IMG/VR virus record: IMGVR_UViG_3300032320_001447
Span: 64,001-128,000 of that record
Reading direction: 5' to 3' (one strand)
DNA: 64,000 bases
DNA from: a virus
Lineage: Duplodnaviria > Caudoviricetes
The translations under genes were made by a program, and so were the position numbers. Of the stretch, positions 18,213-28,217 are shown in pieces; within the stretch, counting starts at the first letter, position 1; each line of letters begins with the position of its first letter. The notes beneath the pieces are model-generated. The model saw only the letters and a list, made by a program, of their open reading frames with translations. It was not told where the DNA came from and did not search any database.

Positions 18213-19899
18213 AAGCTGTTTGAAGACCTCTTAATATAAAAGATCCAGTTATTTTATATGGCTTATCGTATACTGCCTTATCTCTAACCACAATACCTTC
18301 TTGATCTTTAACGTCACCCAAAGGAGAGGTCAAAGAGTCAAGTATTACGTCGCCTAAATACATTGTAGCATTATATATTACGAATGAATCTATTGCTATT
18401 TGAGCATCTTTCATATCTGATACCAATTGATCCACTGGTTTTCCATCCATGATCCAGATAAATACTTGCTTGCTTAGTGCGTCAACAGTTTTTCCGTCTT
18501 TTAATTTTAGCTTAAGACCTTTAGTATTCTTAGCTTTATTCAACCAATCGTTTAAAGATTTAGTTTCTTTCTTTCCTTTTGTTAAAACTACAGTATAATT
18601 CTTAGAAAGGGCTGAGGAGAAATTAGGTTTCGTTTTTAATTTAGCAGGAATTTCTCCCATTACTTCGAAATCGTATTTTTTAGCGATTGGATTTACCTTC
18701 TTAATAAGTTCTGCCAATGCTTTTCTATCGTAGTCTGTTTCTTTGGTGACTCTTTTAGTAGGACTTACTCTTTCAAGTTCTAATATATTGTGTATAGCTA
18801 AGAAATTGCTCTCGTATTCTTGAACGTTTGATTTTCCTTCTACATATTCTATATTAAACATCTTATTAGGATCGTTTAACATTCCTAATTTTTGTAATTC
18901 TCCCTTGATAGAAGGTAAAGCCTTATTGAATATCTCTAGTACTTTACCACCGACTCTAATCATACCGTGCCCTTCACCGAATCTATCAGTAAGATCTTTT
19001 GAAGTGATGCCTTTAACGTCTAACGGCTTATTAGAACCTCTGTCCATTACGAATTGAGGCTTACCGTTTATTTTGGCCAATCTAATAGAAGCATTCACAC
19101 CGTCTATTTTTACTGGAACGGGATTCTTTGTTAGAAAATCTCCAGTTTGTTGGAATACTTTCAATAAATCTTTACCCGTCTTCACAGAAGGAATATCGAA
19201 TGGATGCGCCATGTGTCCAGCAGCTCCACCTTCTGTTAGTAAATTGTAAACTAGATATTCTAATATAAGAGATTTTTCAAAACCAATAGATTCTTTTAAC
19301 GAATTAGCCGATGAAAACTTTTTTTTCAACATGTCTGCAATTTTTGGATCGTACCATCCGAATATATCGGTAAATAATTTTTTGTATTGTTCTGGTGTGG
19401 ATTTAGAAGATAAAGCTTGTCTAATAGTAGTTCCGCTCATCTCACCAAATCCAGTAATTTTAAAAGAAGTGTGTGGAGCAACGATTAAATAGCCATGTTT
19501 CATGTAGCCTTCCATCTTCATGCCTGGTTTGTACTCCTGAAAATAAGAATCGCTTCCGTCTTTTTTCTTTCCCATCTTAAATCGAGGATCTTCTTGCATG
19601 TCCTTCTTTCCAACCATAAAAACCGCAGCTGTAGTTTCAGGGTCGAACTTTTGAGTAATCTCTTGAGCTTGATAAGGATTTTTTACTTGAACTAGACTAT
19701 TGCCCAATCCGTATTTGTCTATGATTTGCTTCTTTTCTTTGAAATTAAGAGGGCTTTTAGGTAAATTTACTACGTCTGTGGTAGCAATGAAAGTTTTTCC
19801 TTTGCCAAATTTAGATTCTAACCACTTAAATGATTCAGCGTGGTGCCTACCAAATGGTTGGAACCTTCCTGGATATATGGCGATGACAGTTTTGATCAT
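18202..19899 (-). CDS. Cytidylyltransferase-like domain fused to ligase-like nucleotidyltransferase domain
   Basis: YPGRFQPF..HH, VGKKD, SGTTIR (HIGH-superfamily pattern); then LLTE-GGAAGHMAHPFD, KIDG, EGIVVRD, KITG. Confidence 0.6.
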   Translation of the reverse strand: MIKTVIAIYPGRFQPFGRHHAESFKWLESKFGKGKTFIATTDVVNLPKSPLNFKEKKQIIDKYGLGNSLVQVKNPYQAQEITQKFDPETTAAVFMVGKKDMQEDPRFKMGKKKDGSDSYFQEYKPGMKMEGYMKHGYLIVAPHTSFKITGFGEMSGTTIRQALSSKSTPEQYKKLFTDIFGWYDPKIADMLKKKFSSANSLKESIGFEKSLILEYLVYNLLTEGGAAGHMAHPFDIPSVKTGKDLLKVFQQTGDFLTKNPVPVKIDGVNASIRLAKINGKPQFVMDRGSNKPLDVKGITSKDLTDRFGEGHGMIRVGGKVLEIFNKALPSIKGELQKLGMLNDPNKMFNIEYVEGKSNVQEYESNFLAIHNILELERVSPTKRVTKETDYDRKALAELIKKVNPIAKKYDFEVMGEIPAKLKTKPNFSSALSKNYTVVLTKGKKETKSLNDWLNKAKNTKGLKLKLKDGKTVDALSKQVFIWIMDGKPVDQLVSDMKDAQIAIDSFVIYNATMYLGDVILDSLTSPLGDVKDQEGIVVRDKAVYDKPYKITGSFILRGLQTAFGK

Positions 19900-19911
19900 G
19901 ATAATAAATAT

Positions 19912-22900
19912 CTACGCTGCTTGTTCTATCTTGGATCTACCATTCACTTTGTTTATCTCAATATGATGGTCTACCACGTCTCTCATAGAGTCAATATGGG
20001 ATATGATCATGATAAACTTAAATTGTGTCTTAAGATAATCAAATAGCATCACCATAGAGCTCAGATTAGTTTGATCAAGCGCTCCAAAGCCTTCGTCTAT
20101 TGCCATAAAGTTGGGCCTAGGAAGAGTGGATACGTTGATAAGAGAGGTTCGGATAGCCAAACTTGCAACGAACTTCTCCATGCCTGAAGTAAGTTCAAGA
20201 GGCCAAAAGTTATTTTCGTCATAAGCAATGTATGCGTTTATATTTTTATCGTCAGCGTGTAATACTACTTGGAAATCTACCAATTGAGCCAAGATATTGT
20301 TGATCTCTTCTTCTACTTGAGGAATAATGTTAGCAATCAGCTTGTGAGGAAGGCCATCTCTGTGTACTGCTTGTAAATAGTATTGATAGTCTTTGAATTT
20401 GGTCTCTAAGCCTTTTAATTTGCCTATGCCTTGCTCGTACTTTGTTTTATTATTCTCTTCAAGTTTCTTGTTAGCCGTGATGTCTGATATCTCATCGTTA
20501 ACTTGTTCTAATTCTCTATTAATAGCTTTTGACTCTTCTTTTAATTTAGCTATTTTAGCGTTAACAGTCTGATTGTGAGTAATTGCCTCTTCTTGTTGAT
20601 AATAAGAAGCTATTTTTGTCTCTATGTTACTCAATAAAGTTTGTGCGTCTTGAAGTTTTTTTGTTAACTTATTGTCTTCTGCTTCTTTTTTATTCTTTTT
20701 CGCTTCTAAATCTTGTAAATCTTTCTCATACTTGTCTTTTGCTTCTTTAATTTCTACAGCCGCTGAGCAATCTTTGATTCTTTTCTTCAAAGTTTCTACT
20801 TGCGCTTCTAATTCTTTAACCGCTTGCTCTTCTGCTTGTATGGAGTTCTTAGTTTCTATGGCGTCTTTAACAAATACGTTGTCCATACAGAATTTACAGT
20901 TAGGATCGTACTTAAGTTCCTTTAATTTCTCCATTTTCTTTAAGCTATTCTTCAAATTGGCGTTTGCGTTGCTCAATTCTAGTTGCTTATCTTGTAAAGC
21001 TTCAGTATCCAGCTTATGACTTCTTAGTTTGTGACTATAATCGTCTAAATTAATGTCTTTGATTAGCTCGTTTCCTACTTTTTTAGTGTTAAGCTCAGCT
21101 ATCTTTGATTCTATAAGAGTTATTTGATCGTTATTTTCGCTTACAGAACAAGTAACTTTAGTAATACCCGCTTCTATAGCAGATTTTTGGCCTTCTAACT
21201 CTTCAATGTCAACACTATCTTCGTCAACTTTAATCAATTCTTTAGTAGAGGTTAATATCTCTTCGCTTTTAGTATCTCTTTTGCCTTCTACTTGTGATCT
21301 TTTATCTTTAGTCTCTTCAAGTTTGATCTCAAATGTGTCTACATCGAACTCGGCCTTCTTTAATAGCTCATGATAGTCTTGTTTTTGATACTCTTTCAAA
21401 AGAACAGAGACCTCCTTCATCTCGTTATTAGCAAGATTGTACAAATCTTCGAACACATTAATGTCCAAGAATTGAGAAAGGAGGTCCTTGCGGTCCTTTT
21501 GATTCATATCGATGAAACCTGTATTGTTATTTTGCATAGATAACGCAGTAAGAACAAAGTCTTCGTACGTACCCATAACATTTTGAATGCTTTTGTTAGT
21601 GTCGTTTCTCTCTTTACCGTTCAAAGAAACTTTACTTCCGTCTTGGTCTGTATAATAGAAGTCCACATTGACTTTTACGTTGCCTAATTTTTGTTTTGAT
21701 CCCTTTCTTTCGATAGTGTACTCTAATCCATTTAATTCAAAGACTAATTTACATTTAAAAGAGTCTGAAATGCTGTTCATTACTTGCGCAGACTTCGTGG
21801 TTCTAGAACATTTGTCGAATATGCAATAAGCAATTGAATCAAGTAGCGTAGATTTACCGCTTGCATTAGGCGCAAATATACCGTAGGTTCCTGACATATT
21901 AGAAAAGTCAATAAAGTTGTCTTTACCGTAGCTAAACATGTTAGAGAATTCAAAAGTTTTAGGAATCCAAATTGAATTTCTTGGAACTTCAGACTTTGGT
22001 AATCCATCGTTAACTATTTTGTTGATCTCACAAATGTCTTTCACAGATTGGTCATCTAAATCGTACTTTTCTTTTAAGAAATCTACTAATAAAGTGTTTT
22101 GGTAATCAATATCTCTTACGTTATGTACGTTAAGCTTCTTATTTTCATTAGAAGAATTAGTAAAGTCTCGTATTTTCATCAAAGAAGTCTCTAATACATT
22201 GTGTTCTTGCTTGATTTCTGCTACTATTCTCTTAATTTCAGACTGATCAGTGTTCCTATATTTGACTCTAAGGTATAAGTTCTTAGGTAATTGTGGTAAT
22301 GGTTGATAAATTCCAGCGTCTACTTCGATTGTATAGAAAGCTGTGTCATTTTCTATCTCAACGAACTCTGCAGACTTAGTTGATAGATCCCAAACGTATA
22401 TGCCGTGTACCAAAGACTCAGCGTGGTTCTGTTGTACCAATGATCCTGGATAACCTATGGTCTTGGCTTCGTTTAAGAATTGAGTTTTGTGTATATCGCC
22501 TAATAAAACTAAGTCAAAGCCTTCAAAATCTTCTACTTTTACATCGTTGTCGAAAAGACCGAAGCCGCTTTCTGTTACAGTGCCGCTAACAGGACCGTGA
22601 TACAAACAGATATTAAAGTCTTCTCCTTCGTTAATACATTTCGGATACTCGGTGTGACTGTCAAAAACCGACCAGTGATAAAAAGTAACGTTGTTGTTAT
22701 AAATGTCTAATACTTCGGTCTTCTTAAGATAGGTTAGATTATGATGGTTCAAAGCATTAACGATAGGCGTCAACGCATCCATTCTATGGCCGTTGTTTAA
22801 GTTCGCATCGTGATTGCCAGGAATCAATAATACTCTTCCAATGTCTGCTAGACTTTTTAGGAAAGTTTGTACCTCTTCCACTAATTCAGGCGTAACGTCC

Positions 22901-23061
22901 GTCTTAGCGTGTACAATATCTCCAGTCAAACAGATTAGATCTTCTTGTGTAAAATTTTCTCTAATGTAGTCGTAAAGTTTCTCAAATACTCTTCTGTACT
23001 CGTCGTGTCTCTTAAAGTTCCTAATGTGGATATCACTTACTTGGAATATTTTTCTTATCAT
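19912..23061 (-). CDS. Fused Mre11/SbcD nuclease - Rad50/SbcC ATPase (T4 gp47+gp46-like)
   Basis: SDIH, TGDIVH, PGNHD, LGDIH phosphoesterase motifs; APNASGKST Walker A; CKFC zinc hook; SGMEK signature; IDEGF Walker B; ISH. Confidence 0.92.
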   Translation of the reverse strand: MIRKIFQVSDIHIRNFKRHDEYRRVFEKLYDYIRENFTQEDLICLTGDIVHAKTDVTPELVEEVQTFLKSLADIGRVLLIPGNHDANLNNGHRMDALTPIVNALNHHNLTYLKKTEVLDIYNNNVTFYHWSVFDSHTEYPKCINEGEDFNICLYHGPVSGTVTESGFGLFDNDVKVEDFEGFDLVLLGDIHKTQFLNEAKTIGYPGSLVQQNHAESLVHGIYVWDLSTKSAEFVEIENDTAFYTIEVDAGIYQPLPQLPKNLYLRVKYRNTDQSEIKRIVAEIKQEHNVLETSLMKIRDFTNSSNENKKLNVHNVRDIDYQNTLLVDFLKEKYDLDDQSVKDICEINKIVNDGLPKSEVPRNSIWIPKTFEFSNMFSYGKDNFIDFSNMSGTYGIFAPNASGKSTLLDSIAYCIFDKCSRTTKSAQVMNSISDSFKCKLVFELNGLEYTIERKGSKQKLGNVKVNVDFYYTDQDGSKVSLNGKERNDTNKSIQNVMGTYEDFVLTALSMQNNNTGFIDMNQKDRKDLLSQFLDINVFEDLYNLANNEMKEVSVLLKEYQKQDYHELLKKAEFDVDTFEIKLEETKDKRSQVEGKRDTKSEEILTSTKELIKVDEDSVDIEELEGQKSAIEAGITKVTCSVSENNDQITLIESKIAELNTKKVGNELIKDINLDDYSHKLRSHKLDTEALQDKQLELSNANANLKNSLKKMEKLKELKYDPNCKFCMDNVFVKDAIETKNSIQAEEQAVKELEAQVETLKKRIKDCSAAVEIKEAKDKYEKDLQDLEAKKNKKEAEDNKLTKKLQDAQTLLSNIETKIASYYQQEEAITHNQTVNAKIAKLKEESKAINRELEQVNDEISDITANKKLEENNKTKYEQGIGKLKGLETKFKDYQYYLQAVHRDGLPHKLIANIIPQVEEEINNILAQLVDFQVVLHADDKNINAYIAYDENNFWPLELTSGMEKFVASLAIRTSLINVSTLPRPNFMAIDEGFGALDQTNLSSMVMLFDYLKTQFKFIMIISHIDSMRDVVDHHIEINKVNGRSKIEQAA

Positions 23062-23064
23062 GGT

Positions 23065-23991
23065 TTAACCCATCATTTTTTTGAGAATGATCTCACCGAA
23101 TGTTAACGGCTTTGCTTGTTGTAATAATTTTGTCATATTTTCGAAACCTAAATCAGATGGATCTTTGCCATCTAATTCTATTAAATAGACTTCCTTACCC
23201 AAATTTATTAGCTGTTCTGAGTAAGTCAATGCTTCCTTAAGAGCATCCTTGTCTAAAGCCAAATATACTGTTTTTACTTGACATTCTACAAGTTTCAACA
23301 TCAGTGCCTTTGGAATACTTTTTCCAAATAGAGGAACTGCATTTCTTTTTATTGCTATTGCATCGAATATTCCTTCGCATAGTATTACTGGAACTGACCA
23401 ATTTATAAAGTACTCCATACCCACAATCTCTGTCTTCTGAATAGATGGAGCGTCGTACTTTTGATATGGATCCTTTTCGAAAGATCTAGCGATGAAGTAA
23501 TTTACTTGACCGTTTCTATCGTAAGAAGGAATAATAACACGGTTTCTGTATCGACCAGTTTTACAATATCCAATGTTGTATTTTCTTACATCGGATTCGT
23601 TGATGCCTCTATTTTTTAAGTAAACAGCAGCGTGACGATACTCCAAAGATTTATCGTTTTCGGTCATTGAAATAAATTCATTAGGCAAAAATACGCGAGT
23701 AGTTTCAGTGTCGTCGATCTTTGTGCGATCGCTTTTAAAGTATCCCTTCATCTCTACCATCCGCGCTTTATCAACACCAAGTTTCTTAAATAGGGATACG
23801 GGAGTTTTGCCTTTTGTAGGTGGATGGCAGGTCCAACAGTTGTATTGACCGCTAGAAACGTTTACTACTAGCTTTGGCTTCTTGTGATTGCATATTGGGC
23901 AATGGAACACATGATCTTTCTTGTTCTTGTCGGGTTTTCCCTTTCCAAGTACCGATTCTAAAAGTCCTAATACTAACTGTTCGTTCTCCAT
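23065..23991 (-). CDS. DNA primase (Zn-binding + TOPRIM)
   Basis: CPIC.H...CWTC, YLKNRGI, RVIIP, CEGIFDA, LDKDA, KDPSD; start taken at MENEQ. Confidence 0.9.
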   Translation of the reverse strand: MENEQLVLGLLESVLGKGKPDKNKKDHVFHCPICNHKKPKLVVNVSSGQYNCWTCHPPTKGKTPVSLFKKLGVDKARMVEMKGYFKSDRTKIDDTETTRVFLPNEFISMTENDKSLEYRHAAVYLKNRGINESDVRKYNIGYCKTGRYRNRVIIPSYDRNGQVNYFIARSFEKDPYQKYDAPSIQKTEIVGMEYFINWSVPVILCEGIFDAIAIKRNAVPLFGKSIPKALMLKLVECQVKTVYLALDKDALKEALTYSEQLINLGKEVYLIELDGKDPSDLGFENMTKLLQQAKPLTFGEIILKKMMG

Positions 23992-24131
23992 AAATCTAAT
24001 ATACAAAAAATATGTTTAATAAAAAAATTTAATCTTTGTTGAGCGCACTTAGAACTTAAGTTTTTTATTGTCCTATAGAATAATTATTTTTAGGACCTTC
24101 TACTACAGGGGGAAAACAACAGCAGACAAAC

Positions 24132-24317
24132 ATGGACTTATCAATTATACTAAACAAAGGGGAAGATAATAGAGAATCAATAACAGAGGAGGAGATACAA
24201 GCATTGTATGTATATCTAAGTATGCAATTTGAGAATATGAATGATCAACAAAAACTTTTGTGGATAGAAACAATGAAATCATTAGACCCTGAATTTGAAG
24301 ATTATGAAAAAGATTAA
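24132..24317 (+). CDS. Small acidic hypothetical protein
   Basis: 61-aa ORF, first of the plus-strand block. Confidence 0.45.
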   Translation: MDLSIILNKGEDNRESITEEEIQALYVYLSMQFENMNDQQKLLWIETMKSLDPEFEDYEKD

Positions 24318-24612
24318 ACTAGAAGTGTACCTTTTAGAAGGTTGCGATAAATGTAAAAAATTAAAGACAACTTTAGATCGTTTAAAAATCGAGTATGATG
24401 CTGTTCCTTGCGAAGACTATCCAAATATGTGTGATAATATAGAAAACGTTACTGGAGTTGATATGTACCCAATGGTTAACATGAACGGCCGACTATTATA
24501 TATAGCTGAGAACTACTCTGATATAGGTAAAATAAAAATAATATCTGAGAATGTATCCACGATGGGTATGTACTCGATAGATAATATTATAGATGCGATA
24601 CAAAAAGATTAA
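24295..24612 (+). CDS. Glutaredoxin/thioredoxin-fold protein
   Basis: GCDKCKKLK CxxC and YPMV cis-Pro motif; start probably at 24304 (MKKIKL). Confidence 0.8.
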   Translation: MKIMKKIKLEVYLLEGCDKCKKLKTTLDRLKIEYDAVPCEDYPNMCDNIENVTGVDMYPMVNMNGRLLYIAENYSDIGKIKIISENVSTMGMYSIDNIIDAIQKD

Positions 24613-24621
24613 ATTAAAAAT

Positions 24622-24798
24622 ATGAGATACAAAGAATTAGTTACTAAAAAATTAAGTGAGTTGGTAAACATGATAATGTACCAAAATTCACAAATTTCCC
24701 AATTGCGTCCTCCACAAGAGTTAAAAGACACTTTAGAAAGAATGCAAGAAAAGATAAATGAGATCCAACACTTAATCAACACTGAGCACGAAGCTTAA
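24622..24798 (+). CDS. Small coiled-coil hypothetical protein (58 aa)
   Basis: Not in ORF track; MRYKELVTKKLSELVNM...LINTEHEA fills the gap. Confidence 0.6.
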   Translation: MRYKELVTKKLSELVNMIMYQNSQISQLRPPQELKDTLERMQEKINEIQHLINTEHEA

Positions 24799-24814
24799 TT
24801 AAAAAATAAAAGTT

Positions 24815-25447
24815 ATGAAAAAATTAACAGAAGAGCAAATCCTTGAGAACTTACAGAAGTTTTACGGATACATTGACAAGTATGTAACGTCTGATAGAAA
24901 AGACTCTTTACTGGAATTTTATAAGAGTAGAGAAGTTACCCTAGCTATTAGTCCAGCCTCTACTAAATTAGCACATCACAACTGTTTTCCAGGTGGATAC
25001 GTTGAACATATTAATAGAGTAGTTGAAGCCGCTTTAGTAATGGATAAAGTATGGGAGCGCTTTGGTCAGAAGAAAGATTATACCATTGAAGAATTAGTAT
25101 TCTCTGCAATTAATCATGACCTAGGTAAATTGGGCACTAACGAACAGCCTTTCTATATTCCTAACGACTCTTCTTGGCATGTAGAGAAACAAGGCGCTCA
25201 TTTTAAATACAATAGCAACATCACTCACATGAGAATCGCGGATAGAAGTTTATTCTATTTACAAGAAGCTGGTATTTCTGTTAGCGAAAATGAATTCTTA
25301 GCAATCAAATTACACGATGGATTGTACGAAGAATCAAACAAAGCGTATTACATTACGTACAGTTCTGACTCTGAATTAAAATCTAATTTACCTTACATAC
25401 TTCATCAAGCCGATTTAATGGCTTCGAGAGTAGAAACACAAATTTAA
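24815..25447 (+). CDS. HD-domain phosphohydrolase
   Basis: PAS...HH.CFPGGYVEH, HDLGK, LHDG, LHQAD. Confidence 0.88.
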   Translation: MKKLTEEQILENLQKFYGYIDKYVTSDRKDSLLEFYKSREVTLAISPASTKLAHHNCFPGGYVEHINRVVEAALVMDKVWERFGQKKDYTIEELVFSAINHDLGKLGTNEQPFYIPNDSSWHVEKQGAHFKYNSNITHMRIADRSLFYLQEAGISVSENEFLAIKLHDGLYEESNKAYYITYSSDSELKSNLPYILHQADLMASRVETQI

Positions 25448-25453
25448 AATAAA

Positions 25454-25726
25454 ATGACTGGAACAATTGCACTAGTATTATGGTTCGCCACTATTTTTGG
25501 AGCTATAGTATATAATTTATACAGAAAGAACAAACGTTTAGAAGAGATTGTACTTAATCAAAGTGGTTTTGTAAACGATACAATGTCTTTATTAGACGAG
25601 TTTAACGGCTTAGTAAATAAAATAGACATGACAATGTGGGTTCAATCAGATCCAGAGTTGTTATCTTTATTCGAAACAATTAAAGCAATTCAATTACGCG
25701 TTCAACAATTTACAGGGAGAAAATAA
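25454..25726 (+). CDS. Small single-pass membrane protein
   Basis: Hydrophobic N-terminus followed by YRKNKRLEE. Confidence 0.65.
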   Translation: MTGTIALVLWFATIFGAIVYNLYRKNKRLEEIVLNQSGFVNDTMSLLDEFNGLVNKIDMTMWVQSDPELLSLFETIKAIQLRVQQFTGRK

Positions 25727-25729
25727 ACC

Positions 25730-26488
25730 ATGGCAGAAGACTTAATAGTTGAAGCAGAACCTGATATGGGTCTTACCATTAAAGGTACTCCTAGAATAAG
25801 AAAACCAAAAACAAAGAATGTTTACTTTACCTCTGAAACTGAAGAGGCAATCTTAAGATATCGTGCTGCTCCAAATCAAGCGTTAGCAAATCAAATTTAT
25901 AACAAAGATATTCACTACGCATTTTATAAATTAGCCGAGAATATTATCCACACTTTTAAGTTTTATTATACAGAAGTAGATAATATTGAAGATCTTAAGT
26001 TTGAGGTTATCTCTTTTCTTTTACAAAAATTGCACCTTTACGATCAATCAAAAGGAAAAGCCTATTCTTATTTCGGTACCATTGCTAAAAGATATTTAAT
26101 TATCTACAATCAAAAGAACTATAAAAAAATGGTTTCTAAGATACAAGTAGAAGAGATTGATAACGCTAATAGTACTCATGAAACCTTAATCCTAGAACCA
26201 GAATCCTCTGATATTAATAGAGTTTCTGTAATAGATCAATTCATAAAATATGTTGACGCCAATTTAACTGAACTATTCGATAAAGAAGTAGAAATTAAAG
26301 TGGCAGATTCTATAATAGAGGTCTTTAAAAGAAGAGAAAACATAGACATTTTTAATAAAAAAGCTCTATTCATATACATAAAAGAGATGACCGATTGTCA
26401 ATCCAATACTATTACAAAGGTTATTAAGAAGCTTAAAACCGTATACAAGGAAGTATTGGACCACCACATTGAAAACGTAGACCAGTAA
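25730..26488 (+). CDS. Late-transcription sigma factor, T4 gp55-like
   Basis: YFT..TE.AI..Y, FYKLAENII, YDQSKGKAYSYFGTIAKRYLI (sigma region 2-like, compare gp55 N.FAYFTQI). Confidence 0.75.
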   Translation: MAEDLIVEAEPDMGLTIKGTPRIRKPKTKNVYFTSETEEAILRYRAAPNQALANQIYNKDIHYAFYKLAENIIHTFKFYYTEVDNIEDLKFEVISFLLQKLHLYDQSKGKAYSYFGTIAKRYLIIYNQKNYKKMVSKIQVEEIDNANSTHETLILEPESSDINRVSVIDQFIKYVDANLTELFDKEVEIKVADSIIEVFKRRENIDIFNKKALFIYIKEMTDCQSNTITKVIKKLKTVYKEVLDHHIENVDQ

Positions 26489-26507
26489 TATTTATTTTAA
26501 AAATCCT

Positions 26508-26861
26508 ATGGAACTAGAAAAGGAAATCTTCCCTGGCAAGACTTTGGCGGAATTGGTGGAAGAGGTTTACAACAAACACAAGTCCCAAGATTCTACGATA
26601 AAATCTGAAATACTACGTCTAGCTGATATGATTGATGGTCCTGGCGATGCTATAGTTCTTATGCCCATGATCAAAGGCTTATTAGACTCTAGTCTTAAGA
26701 ACGATGAGGTACTAATGAAAATACTTGGTGCTTTTCAAAAATCCGCTGACGCAAAAGACAAATCTGTAGAAGATGGCGGTCTTTTATCAGAAAAAGATAT
26801 CGAGCAATTAATGAGCGAAGTTACTTCAATGGCTCCTAAAAAACAACTACCTAACGCATAA
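26508..26861 (+). CDS. Hypothetical protein, first gene of the late baseplate block
   Basis: 117 aa helical, preceded by ATATTTAT. Confidence 0.55.
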   Translation: MELEKEIFPGKTLAELVEEVYNKHKSQDSTIKSEILRLADMIDGPGDAIVLMPMIKGLLDSSLKNDEVLMKILGAFQKSADAKDKSVEDGGLLSEKDIEQLMSEVTSMAPKKQLPNA

Positions 26862-27778
26862 TGGGACTAGATTATTTATTTGGTGATGAGTACTCAGCAT
26901 TCGAAAATACTTCAGGATTTTTCTACATTATAGGTAGAGTAAAAAGTATTGTGATGTCAGATGTATTAGAGGGTACTAGCACGCCAGATCCTAATTTTAC
27001 AAACTTTGGAGATATAGGTAAGATAAAATTTGAAGTATTATACTGTAGTCTTACCACCCTAAATACTGATCAAGCTAACAAACCAGCTTATCCAATATTT
27101 AGTTTTATGAATCAATATCCTCTAATAAACGAGATAGTGATCATATTTCCTGGACCTTCAGAGGCTTTAAATGATTCTTTTGAAACAAAAACATTATTCT
27201 ATTTACCGCCTTTTAATTTATGGAGATCTAGTCCTAATCACAGCGCAATGCCTAATTTAATTGAGTGGAGTAAGCAGTTATCAGATATAGGCAACCATCC
27301 TAATTACATTCAAGAAAATAATCAGCAAATTCAACTATTTCTTGGAAAATATTTTAAAGAAAAAAATGTAAGAAGATTAAAACCTTTTGAAGGTGATACA
27401 ATATTAGAATCTAGAAACGGTCAATCTTTAAGATTTGGAAGCACAACAGAAACCATTAGATCTTCTAATAACTGGTCTAGAAAAGGATCTCAGGGAAGTC
27501 CTATAACCATGATGATTAATGGTCAAGGAACTCCAAACAATAGAGCTAATTCTTTTGCTCCTACAATAGAAAATATTAATAAAGATGCTTCGTCTCTTTA
27601 TTTGACATACGATCAAGAGATTGTATTAGAGGATTTGAATAATTTTGTTTTTAGATCTTTCGGTAGAATAAATGCTCAATATCAAGAAAAAACCGACAAC
27701 ATTAGAATGACTTCTAAACCTATTATTTCAAATGAAATAGTAGATGCTAATACGCAAGACAAAAATTCAATAGGTTAA
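26861..27778 (+). CDS. Putative baseplate hub/spike protein (gp5 N-terminal-like)
   Basis: IGRVKSI, YPLINEIV, FEGDTILESRNGQSLRFGS; lies upstream of gp25/gp6. Confidence 0.55.
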   Translation: MGLDYLFGDEYSAFENTSGFFYIIGRVKSIVMSDVLEGTSTPDPNFTNFGDIGKIKFEVLYCSLTTLNTDQANKPAYPIFSFMNQYPLINEIVIIFPGPSEALNDSFETKTLFYLPPFNLWRSSPNHSAMPNLIEWSKQLSDIGNHPNYIQENNQQIQLFLGKYFKEKNVRRLKPFEGDTILESRNGQSLRFGSTTETIRSSNNWSRKGSQGSPITMMINGQGTPNNRANSFAPTIENINKDASSLYLTYDQEIVLEDLNNFVFRSFGRINAQYQEKTDNIRMTSKPIISNEIVDANTQDKNSIG

Positions 27779-27780
27779 AA

Positions 27781-28215
27781 ATGTTAGATAAATTAATATT
27801 TCCATATAATAAAGCGCAAATTATACTATCTTCTGATAGAGTATTACTACACTCTAAAAAAGATGCTATAATTTTAGCGGGTAAAAGAGCGGTTTCCATT
27901 TGTTCTACTGAAACTATAAACCTAGATGCTAAAGAAAAGATCCTATTAGATTGCGATATAATAGAACTAGGACACAAAGCCCAAGCTTTGGGAGAGAATG
28001 TAATATTAGGAAGAACTCTAGTTAATCAATTAAAGAATTTCTGCATCGTATTACAATCTGTTGGTCAACAAATGTCAAGGGTTGCTGAAAGTAAGGACAA
28101 AATAGCCGCTTCTATTACAGTTATTATGAATCAAGGATTCGAAATAGAATCAGCAGCATCTACTCTATTGGATTCCCTAGACTCTACGCTTTCTCAAAAT
28201 ACTTACACTAGATAA
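27781..28215 (+). CDS. Putative baseplate spike beta-helix part
   Basis: QIILSSDRVLL, beta-repeat INLDA/ILLD/IELG, ILGRTL. Confidence 0.5.
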   Translation: MLDKLIFPYNKAQIILSSDRVLLHSKKDAIILAGKRAVSICSTETINLDAKEKILLDCDIIELGHKAQALGENVILGRTLVNQLKNFCIVLQSVGQQMSRVAESKDKIAASITVIMNQGFEIESAASTLLDSLDSTLSQNTYTR

Positions 28216-28217
28216 CT

